This document shows positions 56,486 to 64,000 of a DNA stretch of 64,000 nucleotides, piece by piece. A program made the translations under genes and the position numbers. Location: positions 2,368,001-2,432,000 of the forward strand of contig OZ255842.1 in NCBI GenBank assembly GCA_965277805.1, given 5' to 3'. Every line of letters begins with the position of its first letter. The stretch's first letter is position 1. The notes under the pieces are model-generated. The model did no database searches. It worked only from the letters and a program-made list of their open reading frames with translations, and was not told the DNA's origin. This DNA comes from Candidatus Lustribacter sp. GTDB lineage: Bacteria > Vulcanimicrobiota > Vulcanimicrobiia > Vulcanimicrobiales > Vulcanimicrobiaceae.

Positions 56486-57292
56486 TCAGGAATGACGTCC
56501 GCTAATCAGGGCGGGAAGGGAGACGGGCGGCCCTGCGATTTCGGTCAGCACCGGCAAGATCCGGTCGCGAATCCCATCGCTGCCGAACTCGCTCATCGGG
56601 CCGATCACGTTCATCGCGGCGACGACGCGACCGTCGGCATCGCGCAACGGGACGGCCACCGACGCCGTTGCGCTCTCGATCATGCCGTACGAGAACGCGT
56701 ATTTCTTCTTGCGAATCTCGCGCAGATCGTCGAGCAGCGTCGGCATCGCGGTGATCGTCGTGTTGGTGTAGGGCGTGAGATCGTGATCCGCATAGCGCCG
56801 GATCACGTTCGCTTCCGACTCGAACGCGAGCAGCACGCGGCCGAGCGACGTTGCGTGCGCGGGCAGCGCCGAGCCGACCTCGATGTTGAACGGGCTGTAG
56901 CGCCCGACGTTGCGCGCGACGTGCAGCACGAGCCGGCCGTCGAGTACGCCGACATTCGCCGTAAACCCGATCGTCCGAAGGACTTGATTCAAGCGCCCGT
57001 CGAGATCCGGATTGTCGAGCGCCGCGCGCACGCGCATCCCGGTCCACAGCAGCTTCAACCCGGCCCGATAGACCTTGCGCTCGGCGTCGAAATTCAAATA
57101 GTGCAGCGCGGTCCACGTTTGCAAGATACGGTGCGCTACGGTATGGCCGAGGCCGAGCTGGCGCTGCACGTCCTTGAGCGTCGTCGAGCCGGAACTGATC
57201 ACGAGTTCGAGGACATCGGCCGACCGCTTGACGGTCCGGAGCGAATCGTCGCTCTTCCCGCTTATCGGACTATCTTTCCCGGAAAATGCCAC
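56486..57292 (-). CDS. IclR family transcriptional regulator
   Basis: N-terminal HTH; GSALPAHATSLGRVLLA; SVAVPLRDADGRVVAAMNV. Confidence 0.92.
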   Translation of the reverse strand: MAFSGKDSPISGKSDDSLRTVKRSADVLELVISSGSTTLKDVQRQLGLGHTVAHRILQTWTALHYLNFDAERKVYRAGLKLLWTGMRVRAALDNPDLDGRLNQVLRTIGFTANVGVLDGRLVLHVARNVGRYSPFNIEVGSALPAHATSLGRVLLAFESEANVIRRYADHDLTPYTNTTITAMPTLLDDLREIRKKKYAFSYGMIESATASVAVPLRDADGRVVAAMNVIGPMSEFGSDGIRDRILPVLTEIAGPPVSLPALISGRHS

Positions 57293-57320
57293 ACAGGTCT
57301 CTTTAGCACGCTTTCGCCTT

Positions 57321-57366
57321 TGTCATCCCGAGCAAAGCGCCCGCGAGCGCGTCGTCGAGGGACAGC
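57321..57366 (+). repeat. REP-like element, further copy
   Basis: TGTCATCCCGAGC-aaaGCGCccgcgaGCGCgtc-GTCGAGGGACAGC. Confidence 0.8.
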
Positions 57367-57380
57367 GAGCATCGCGCCCA

Positions 57381-58145
57381 TCACCCCCGGAACGCCCGAA
57401 TCACGAGACCCACCGCGGCGCAGGCCAGCATCACGAGCACGGCCCGTTTGAAGATCAGATCGTCGATGCGCTTTTGGATCGCAAACCCCACGCCCATTCC
57501 GGCAAAGGCGAGCACGACGACCACGAGCGCGGAGGCCCAAATCGCCGGCGTCGTGAGGTGGAGTTGCTGCAGCGACGTGAACTGCGTCCAGTCGAGCACA
57601 AAGAAAATCAGGTTGATCGAGAACAAAAAGCCGTCGCGCGTCAGCTGCGAGCTGACGAGGTACGTCGTCACGATCGGACCCGACGCGCCCGCGCTGCCCT
57701 GTATGATGCCGCACGCGAAGCCGATCAACGGTCCAACCCGTGAGGCAACCGCGCGGCTCATGGTCGGCACTTTGCCGAACCACGACACGATGATGAAGGC
57801 GATGACGACCGCGGCGAGCACCGCACTCAAAATCGACACCTTGACGAAGAGCAAGATCCGCGTGCCGATCACGATCCCGATCAGCCCGCAGATCAGGAAA
57901 CCCACCAGAATCGACGCTTCACGATAGTTTTTGCGGAACCGGTAGAGCATGGGGATGTCGGACAGCGCGGTGGCCAAGATCGTCGTCAGCAGCACGAGGC
58001 GCAGATCGCCGTAGAGCGCAACCAGAATCGGCACGCCGGCGACGGGCAAGCCCATGCCGGTTACGCCCTTCGCCACGCCGGCGATGAAGATCGTCGCAAT
58101 CGCGAGCACGAGCCGGATATCGATGGGAATGGGGCCGTCAATCAT
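57381..58145 (-). CDS. TauE/SafE (sulfite exporter-like) membrane protein
   Basis: AGVAKGVTGMG, GIIQGSAGASGP; about 8 TM segments; GGAGG RBS. Confidence 0.88.
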   Translation of the reverse strand: MIDGPIPIDIRLVLAIATIFIAGVAKGVTGMGLPVAGVPILVALYGDLRLVLLTTILATALSDIPMLYRFRKNYREASILVGFLICGLIGIVIGTRILLFVKVSILSAVLAAVVIAFIIVSWFGKVPTMSRAVASRVGPLIGFACGIIQGSAGASGPIVTTYLVSSQLTRDGFLFSINLIFFVLDWTQFTSLQQLHLTTPAIWASALVVVVLAFAGMGVGFAIQKRIDDLIFKRAVLVMLACAAVGLVIRAFRG

Positions 58146-58159
58146 CGTAGTCCTCCGAT

Positions 58160-58378
58160 ATGGCAGATGTAACGATCAAAATCCGTCCCAACGGCCCCTA
58201 TCTGGTCAGCGGACCCATCGATCTCACCGACGCCGACGGCAATCCGGTACCGATTCCGGAAGGCAAAACAAACATCGCGCTGTGCCGCTGCGGCGCCTCG
58301 GTCACCAAGCCGTTTTGCGACGGCACGCACAGCAAAATCGGTTTCGACGCCGCGGCTAAGGCCGTTCCCGGGGCGTAA
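58160..58378 (+). CDS. CDGSH iron-sulfur domain protein
   Basis: NGPYLVSG, ALCRCGASVTKPFCDGTH. Confidence 0.93.
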   Translation: MADVTIKIRPNGPYLVSGPIDLTDADGNPVPIPEGKTNIALCRCGASVTKPFCDGTHSKIGFDAAAKAVPGA

Positions 58379-58778
58379 CTCGAAAGAGGGGTAACGAGAC
58401 GCCTTCGGTGCTGTCGTCGAAGGTAACTTCGACGCGCATTCCTACGCGCACGTCTTCCCACGGGATGTCGATGACGTTGCTCAAGAGCGAGAGATCTTTC
58501 GGCGCTTCATCGAGGCTGATGAACGCGACCGTGTAGGGCACCGCATCGGCGAACGCCGGATGCATCGGCTGATGTTGCACGACGAACGACGTGATCGTGC
58601 CGGTGCCGCGCACGTCCACCCACGTCGCGCCGAGTTTGCGGCAGTGCGGGCAGACCTCGGCCGGCGGCCAACGGCGCTTCCCGCAGCTGTTGCATTGCTG
58701 CGCGGTGAGACGATGTTCGCGGCACGCCGCCCAGAACGGCGCACTGTCGGCATCGGGGACCGGAATCGGGCGCGGCAC
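58356..58778 (-). CDS. DUF35 Zn-ribbon/OB-fold protein
   Basis: PFWAAC, CNSC..CPHC, VRVGMRVEVTF. Confidence 0.92.
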   Translation of the reverse strand: MPRPIPVPDADSAPFWAACREHRLTAQQCNSCGKRRWPPAEVCPHCRKLGATWVDVRGTGTITSFVVQHQPMHPAFADAVPYTVAFISLDEAPKDLSLLSNVIDIPWEDVRVGMRVEVTFDDSTEGVSLPLFRVTPRERP

Positions 58779-58779
58779 G

Positions 58780-59958
58780 TCAGGCGCTCCGCAAGATCAG
58801 CGAGGCTGCGCCGCATTCGCCGCACACCAACCCGACGTGCGGATCGCGCACCTGGCGGCAATGCGTGCGGTCGTAATCGTGCTCGCCCGTGCAGAGATCG
58901 TCGACGACGCCGCCGGGGCGCAGCTGCTGCACCGCTTCGACAACGTGGTTGAGGCCTTGCATGTACGTTTCGGACAAGAGCCCCCCGTGCGTGTTGATCG
59001 GCATCGCGCCGTCGAGGCCCGCACCGCCGCTGCGAAACAATTCCGGCGCGCCGCCCTGCGGTGCGAGTCCGAAGGCCTCGGCGTGCAGCAGCGTCATGCC
59101 GGTGAAGGGATCGTAGAGTTCGGCGAAATCGACGTCTTGCGGCGTAAGGCCGGCGCGCTCGTAGAGGATCGGCGCGGCCCGGAGGCCTTCGATTTCCCAC
59201 TCCGGACTCGGTTGCGGCGGATACGTGCCGCCCATGAACGAGGTGATCAGCACCGGTGCCTGCCGCAGCGTGCGCGCGCGCTCGGTCGTCGTCACGATCA
59301 CCGCCATCGCGCCGTCGGATTGCAAGCAGCAGTCGAAGAGCCGGAACGGATAGATGACCCACGGCGAGTTTTGATGTTCTTCCACCGTCATCGGAGCGCG
59401 CATCTGGGCTTTCGTGTTCAGCGCGGCGTGCGCGCGCGTGTTGACGGCGACGTACGCCAAGTCTTCGGTCGTCGCGCCGTAGCGCGCCATGTATGCGGTA
59501 TAGTACGGTCCGAAAATCGATGCCGCGTGCGTCGCACCGAACGGCACCATCCACTGCCCCGGTCCTTCGGGCAACCGCGCCGCGCCCGTGCGCCGCGCGC
59601 TGCGGCCGTTGAGCGACCGGTAGATCAGCACGTTCTTGCATAGTCCGGAATGGACGGCCATCGCAGCCGCTGCGACGAGCGAACACGCCGACGTGCCGCC
59701 GTGCTGATCGAAGAGCTGGAAGTTGCACGCTTTGAGCCCGAGCGCAACGTGCAAGTCGCGCGGATACACCGTGTCGACCGTGTTGTACTGCCACGTCATG
59801 ATGCCGTCGATGTCGTCGACCTCGAGCCCGGCGTCGGCGATCGCGTTGAGCGCCGCCTCGGCCGTCAAGCTCACGACGCTCGTGCCGGAGGCTTTGGAGA
59901 ATTTCGTCCAGCCCACGCCGGCGATGGCCGTTTGATCCGCGATCGAAGGTATCGACAT
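58780..59958 (-). CDS. Thiolase-like (Ltp2/SCP-x type) protein
   Basis: TAIAGVG, RLFDCCLQSDGA, ELYDPFT, NTHGGLLSETYMQG. Confidence 0.88.
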   Translation of the reverse strand: MSIPSIADQTAIAGVGWTKFSKASGTSVVSLTAEAALNAIADAGLEVDDIDGIMTWQYNTVDTVYPRDLHVALGLKACNFQLFDQHGGTSACSLVAAAAMAVHSGLCKNVLIYRSLNGRSARRTGAARLPEGPGQWMVPFGATHAASIFGPYYTAYMARYGATTEDLAYVAVNTRAHAALNTKAQMRAPMTVEEHQNSPWVIYPFRLFDCCLQSDGAMAVIVTTTERARTLRQAPVLITSFMGGTYPPQPSPEWEIEGLRAAPILYERAGLTPQDVDFAELYDPFTGMTLLHAEAFGLAPQGGAPELFRSGGAGLDGAMPINTHGGLLSETYMQGLNHVVEAVQQLRPGGVVDDLCTGEHDYDRTHCRQVRDPHVGLVCGECGAASLILRSA

Positions 59959-60051
59959 CGCCTCCTATCTCCGGCGCTGAAGGTAGGGCTCCTCCCGGCG
60001 CCGGATATTACGAGTTCGAAACTCTTTTTGCCCTCTCCCGGGACCACAGCC

Positions 60052-61101
60052 ATGCAATTCGGCGTCCAGTTTTTCCCCGACGTCAAGCCCGAAGAAAAAT
60101 CGGCGGCGGATTATTTCCGCGACAGCCTGGCGATCGCCGAAGCGGCCGATCGCATCGGCTACACGCACGTGCGCATCGTCGAACATTACTTCCATTATTA
60201 CGGCGGCTACAGTCCCAACCCGATCGTCTTTCTGTCCGCCGCCGCGATGCGCACGACGAACGCGCGGCTCATCACCGGCGCAGTGCTGCCGATCTTCAAC
60301 AACCCGCTCAAACTCGCCGGCGAGATCGCGATGCTCGACGGCATCAGCGGCGGCCGCCTCGACGTCGGCTTCGCGCGCGCGTTTCTGCCGCACGAATTTC
60401 GGCGCTTCGGAATCTCACCGGACGAATCGGTCGCGCGTTTCCGCGAGGGCGTCGAGCAGATCGAACTGCTGCTCACGCAGGAGAACGTCACGCATCGCGG
60501 CCGCTTTCATACGATCGTCGACACGACGTCGCTGCCGCGCCCGACGCAACAGCCGCGGCCGAAGTTTTACGTCGCGGCGACCGGCAACGCCGAGTCGTTC
60601 GAATTCGCCGGCCGCAACGGCTACTCGATCATGGCGATTCCGCTGGCCGGGCCGAAGATGCGGGAAACCTTGGCGATCTACCGCGACGCTTGGCGAGCAG
60701 CCGGGCACCCCGGCAACGGCGAGGTGATGCTGGCGTTCCAGATGTTCGTCGACGCCGACGGCGACCGCGCGCGGCGCATTGCCAAGCCCAAGGTCGAAGC
60801 ATACCTGCACTCGCTGGTCGAGGCGTCGTCCGACTGGGCCGAGGGCACGAGTTCCGCCGACTATCCCGGGTATGATAAAATGGTCGAGAAACTGCGTACG
60901 GAAACGATGGAGTCCCAGATTGCCAGCGGCTCGGCCTGGATAGGCACGCCGGAGGAAATCCGAGCCTCCATCGCGCGTGTTCAAGAGGCATTCGGCGGAT
61001 TCGAGCACGCGTCGCTCCAGATCAACTTCAACACGATGCCGCAAGACGAAGCGATGCGGTCGCTGCACATGTTTGCAACCGAGGTCATTCCGAAATGTTG
61101 A
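60052..61101 (+). CDS. LLM class flavin-dependent oxidoreductase
   Basis: VEHYFHYYGGYSPNP, LDGISGGRLDVGFAR, PRPTQQPRP. Confidence 0.92.
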   Translation: MQFGVQFFPDVKPEEKSAADYFRDSLAIAEAADRIGYTHVRIVEHYFHYYGGYSPNPIVFLSAAAMRTTNARLITGAVLPIFNNPLKLAGEIAMLDGISGGRLDVGFARAFLPHEFRRFGISPDESVARFREGVEQIELLLTQENVTHRGRFHTIVDTTSLPRPTQQPRPKFYVAATGNAESFEFAGRNGYSIMAIPLAGPKMRETLAIYRDAWRAAGHPGNGEVMLAFQMFVDADGDRARRIAKPKVEAYLHSLVEASSDWAEGTSSADYPGYDKMVEKLRTETMESQIASGSAWIGTPEEIRASIARVQEAFGGFEHASLQINFNTMPQDEAMRSLHMFATEVIPKC

Positions 61102-62366
61102 AACCCGAAGAGAACGAACGGCTGGTTAGAATCGGACCGGGCACGCCGGCCGGTGAAGTCTTCCGACGGTACTGGCAGCCGGCCGCGCTCTCGATGGAGC
61201 TGCCCGAGCCCGATTGCCCGCCCATTCGCGTGCGGCTCCTCGGCGAAGATCTGATCGCGTTCCGCGCGACCGACGGCAGCGTCGGCCTCGTCGACGCGTT
61301 CTGTCCGCACCGCCGCGCGCCGATGTTCTTCGGCCGCAATGAAGAATGCGGCTTGCGCTGCGTCTACCACGGCTGGAAGTTCGACGCAACCGGCACCTGC
61401 GTCGACATGCCCTCGGAACCGCCCGACAGTTTGTTCAAGACCAAGGTCACGATCAAGGCTTACCCGACATTCGAAGCGGGCGACGTAATCTGGACGTACA
61501 TGGGGCCGCCCGAAGCGATGCCCGCGCGTCCCGACTACGAATGGATGCGCGCCCCGCGCACGCACCGCATTCTCTCGAAGACGTACGAAGCGGCAAATTA
61601 TCTGCAGGGGCTCGAAGGCGGGCTCGATACCGCCCACTCGTCGTTCGCTCACAACGAGCGCCTCGGCGACCGCAATTGGATTCGCAATCGCGACGGCGCA
61701 CCGCGCTTGGACGTCGAGCGTACCGACTACGGCTATACCTACGTCTCCACCCGCAACGTCGGCGAAGACGGCCAATACATCCGCGTGTATCACTACGTGA
61801 TGCCGGCGCAGCAGATGCGCGGCAGCGTCACCTCGCTCATGGGCGGACGCGCCGAGGTTCCGAAGCTCGACGGGCACATCTGGGTGCCGATCGACGACGA
61901 GCAAACCTACGTCTACAATTGGGCCTGCTCGTATTCGAGCGACGACCCGATCACGCCCGAGTATGCGGAAGAGTGGGAAGCCATGAACGGCCGCGGCAAA
62001 GACGATCTCGTCCCCGGCACGTTCAAGCTGAAGAAAACGCTCGCCAACGACTACATGATCGACCGCGAGCGCCAGAAGACCAAGACGTTCACCGGCATCA
62101 TCGGCATCAACACCCAAGACTTCGCCTTGCAAGAAGGCATGGGCCGCATCACCGATCGCTCGCTCGAACACTTGGGCACCACCGACAAAGCGATCATCGT
62201 GACGCGTCAGCTCATGCTCGAAGCCACCGACCGCGTCGAATCCGGCGAGACGCTGCGCGCGATCGAACCCGCGACCTATCGCAACATTCGCCCCTACGAC
62301 GACTACGTGCCCGAGGGCGGCGACTGGCGCGTGCAATTCGCACCGGAGCTCGTGGCGAAATGGTAA
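61095..62366 (+). CDS. Rieske non-heme oxygenase alpha subunit (phthalate dioxygenase/LigX-like)
   Basis: CPHRRA..CVYHGWKF; EGGLDTAHSSFAH; QDFALQEGMG. Confidence 0.92.
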   Translation: MLKPEENERLVRIGPGTPAGEVFRRYWQPAALSMELPEPDCPPIRVRLLGEDLIAFRATDGSVGLVDAFCPHRRAPMFFGRNEECGLRCVYHGWKFDATGTCVDMPSEPPDSLFKTKVTIKAYPTFEAGDVIWTYMGPPEAMPARPDYEWMRAPRTHRILSKTYEAANYLQGLEGGLDTAHSSFAHNERLGDRNWIRNRDGAPRLDVERTDYGYTYVSTRNVGEDGQYIRVYHYVMPAQQMRGSVTSLMGGRAEVPKLDGHIWVPIDDEQTYVYNWACSYSSDDPITPEYAEEWEAMNGRGKDDLVPGTFKLKKTLANDYMIDRERQKTKTFTGIIGINTQDFALQEGMGRITDRSLEHLGTTDKAIIVTRQLMLEATDRVESGETLRAIEPATYRNIRPYDDYVPEGGDWRVQFAPELVAKW

Positions 62367-63370
62367 CGGCGACGACCGAAACGCAGCTCTCACCCGAGGA
62401 GCTGCAGCAAGGCTGGCGCGACGCGCACGTCAAGCCGCTGTGGGAGATCGCGCAGGCCCACGCGCCCGACGGCGAACTCGGCAAACCCGTGCTATGGTCG
62501 TGGGAAACGATGCAGCCGCTCGTGCAGCGCGCGATCGCGCTGACCTCACCGGCCGTCGCCGAGCGCCGCGTGCTCTCGTTCATCGATCCCGACGCCCGCG
62601 AAGGCGAGTTCCACACGATCAGCAACCTCAACGCTGCGTTGCAGATTTTGCTGCCGGGTGAGGTTGCGCGACCGCACCGTCATTCGCCCGATGCGCTGCG
62701 GTTCGTGCTGCAAGGCGGCGGCGCCGTCACCAAGGTCGACGGCACGCTGGCCCGCATGGAATTCGGCGATCTCGTGCTCACGCCCGGCTGGTGCTGGCAC
62801 GAGCATTGGCACGAAGGCACGGAGCCGATGGTGTGGCTCGACGTGCTCAACGTACACGCGCACATCCACATGGGCACGTTCTCGTTCGAACCGGGCCCGC
62901 CGCACGACGTGCCCGCTGCCATCGATAGCTCTGCGTTCTCCAGCGCCAACGTCATCCCGGACGTGCCCGCCTCCAAAGTCTCGCCTGTATTCCGCTACCC
63001 GTTCGAGGAAGCGAAGCGCGCCCTCGACGCGAGCGCACCAACCCGCGACGGCGCGCGCCGCGTGCGGTACGTGAATCCGCTGACGGCCGGTCCCGTGATG
63101 CCGTTGCTCGACTGCTACCTCGTACGCCTCGATCCCGGCGTGACGACGCTGCCGTTCCGCACCAGCGCGCACAACATCTGCACGGTCGTCGAAGGCAGCG
63201 GCTCGACCACAGCCGGCAGCGGAACCGTGAAGTGGGGACCGCGCGACATCTTCACCTTACCGCACCGTGCCGCGGTCACGCACACGGCCGACACGACCTC
63301 GTACCTCTTCGTCGTCACCGATCGCGAAATTCTCCAGCGTCTAGACCTACTCGAAGAAAAAGTAGGCTAG
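62360..63370 (+). CDS. Gentisate 1,2-dioxygenase-like cupin
   Basis: AERRVL, LQILLPGEVARPHRHSPDALRFV, TPGWCWHEH, YVNPLT. Confidence 0.88.
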   Translation: MVTATTETQLSPEELQQGWRDAHVKPLWEIAQAHAPDGELGKPVLWSWETMQPLVQRAIALTSPAVAERRVLSFIDPDAREGEFHTISNLNAALQILLPGEVARPHRHSPDALRFVLQGGGAVTKVDGTLARMEFGDLVLTPGWCWHEHWHEGTEPMVWLDVLNVHAHIHMGTFSFEPGPPHDVPAAIDSSAFSSANVIPDVPASKVSPVFRYPFEEAKRALDASAPTRDGARRVRYVNPLTAGPVMPLLDCYLVRLDPGVTTLPFRTSAHNICTVVEGSGSTTAGSGTVKWGPRDIFTLPHRAAVTHTADTTSYLFVVTDREILQRLDLLEEKVG

Positions 63371-64000
63371 ATTTCCCCGCGAGAACGCCAAAACCGTTCC
63401 GCAGCCGGATGCAGCGGAACATCGTACGGCGCATCTGCCGTATTTCGGGCCGTCACCGTGGCTTTGCGCTCCAGAAGCGCCGCGCAAATCATCTCGACGA
63501 GATCATCGGATGCTTCGGCATGGACGAAAATCGCCCAACCGCTGAAGTCCAGCGTAAGGATGCCGCCGTCCAGAACGCGCCGCCGATAACCGAGCGCTTC
63601 GAGCCGCGCGATCGCCGTCTCACCGATGCCGAAAACGTTCATCCCGGCTTCGAGCACGTCAGCCATCCACTCATCCGCGCCCTCATCGAAGATCCCGTCG
63701 ATCTTTCCGGCGACCAATTCGCGGAACTTCGGCGAGACCGGGTACGGAATGCCGCCACGCAGCTCGAGATTGATGCCGCGCGCTTCGAGCGACGCGCGCG
63801 ACTGCCCGTTCGCCGCGAGCACGTCGTCCATCATGAACTGGAGCGAATGCTCGGGCTCGCCGCGCAATACGATCGTCAACGGGCCCCTCGCTGCGGCCAA
63901 GTCTTCCAGCGACTGCACGCCGGTGCGCGGATGCATCGCGAACACGAGGCCGTCGGCTGACGGCATGACCGCGATCGTGCGCACCGGCTGCGGCGTGCCG
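63367..64000 (-). CDS. TAXI-family/TRAP-like solute-binding protein, C-terminal part; start lies outside the window
   Basis: SLEDLA, GKIDGIF, C-terminal VPLHPAAERFWR motif. Confidence 0.65.
   Translation of the reverse strand, partial: GTPQPVRTIAVMPSADGLVFAMHPRTGVQSLEDLAAARGPLTIVLRGEPEHSLQFMMDDVLAANGQSRASLEARGINLELRGGIPYPVSPKFRELVAGKIDGIFDEGADEWMADVLEAGMNVFGIGETAIARLEALGYRRRVLDGGILTLDFSGWAIFVHAEASDDLVEMICAALLERKATVTARNTADAPYDVPLHPAAERFWRSRGEI

Noticed and set aside
16549-57366. Repeats as a CRISPR array
   Set aside because: Copies are kilobases apart, with no regular spacers and no cas genes.
61346-62359. 674-aa ORF as a large cupin fusion
   Set aside because: The first half is an alternative frame of the Rieske gene; the cupin starts at 62360.
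1-64000. Prophage, IS, integron or defence island
   Set aside because: No integrase, transposase, phage structural, nuclease or toxin-antitoxin motifs were recognised, and composition looks uniform by eye.

Overview
This is a 64-kb, gene-dense, high-GC bacterial chromosomal region dominated by aromatic and lignin-monomer catabolism. It encodes two Rieske oxygenases, a phthalate-type dihydrodiol dehydrogenase, two hydroxycinnamoyl-CoA hydratase/lyase paralogs, a CoA ligase, two class III CoA-transferases, an Ltp2-like/DUF35 pair, ring-cleavage VOC and cupin enzymes, hmgA, a UbiD, dienelactone hydrolases, aldehyde dehydrogenases and a xanthine-dehydrogenase-family Mo enzyme. It also carries about 10 solute-binding proteins, MarR/TetR/IclR regulators, small stress proteins and an isolated rplJ-rplL pair with its L10 leader. 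The gene style suggests a diderm soil bacterium, possibly Eremiobacterota/WPS-2 (inference only). I found no rRNA, tRNA, CRISPR array, transposase or integrase. The most notable observation is a roughly 95-aa domain I do not recognise (YW.HY.Y.Y.DGHVEEDDIPW..DPFARGD..PLQPPP..KP.RPLKP), shared by two genes flanking rplJL: a TonB-like anchored, Pro-rich protein and a degenerate ModA-like periplasmic protein. Other points of interest are a dispersed palindromic REP-like family that is partly translated into protein C-termini, two hydrolases with the nucleophile replaced by Gly, a MarR gene that seems to need a CTG start, and an antisense CDGSH gene embedded in an operon. All functional calls come from motif recognition by eye; no searches were run.
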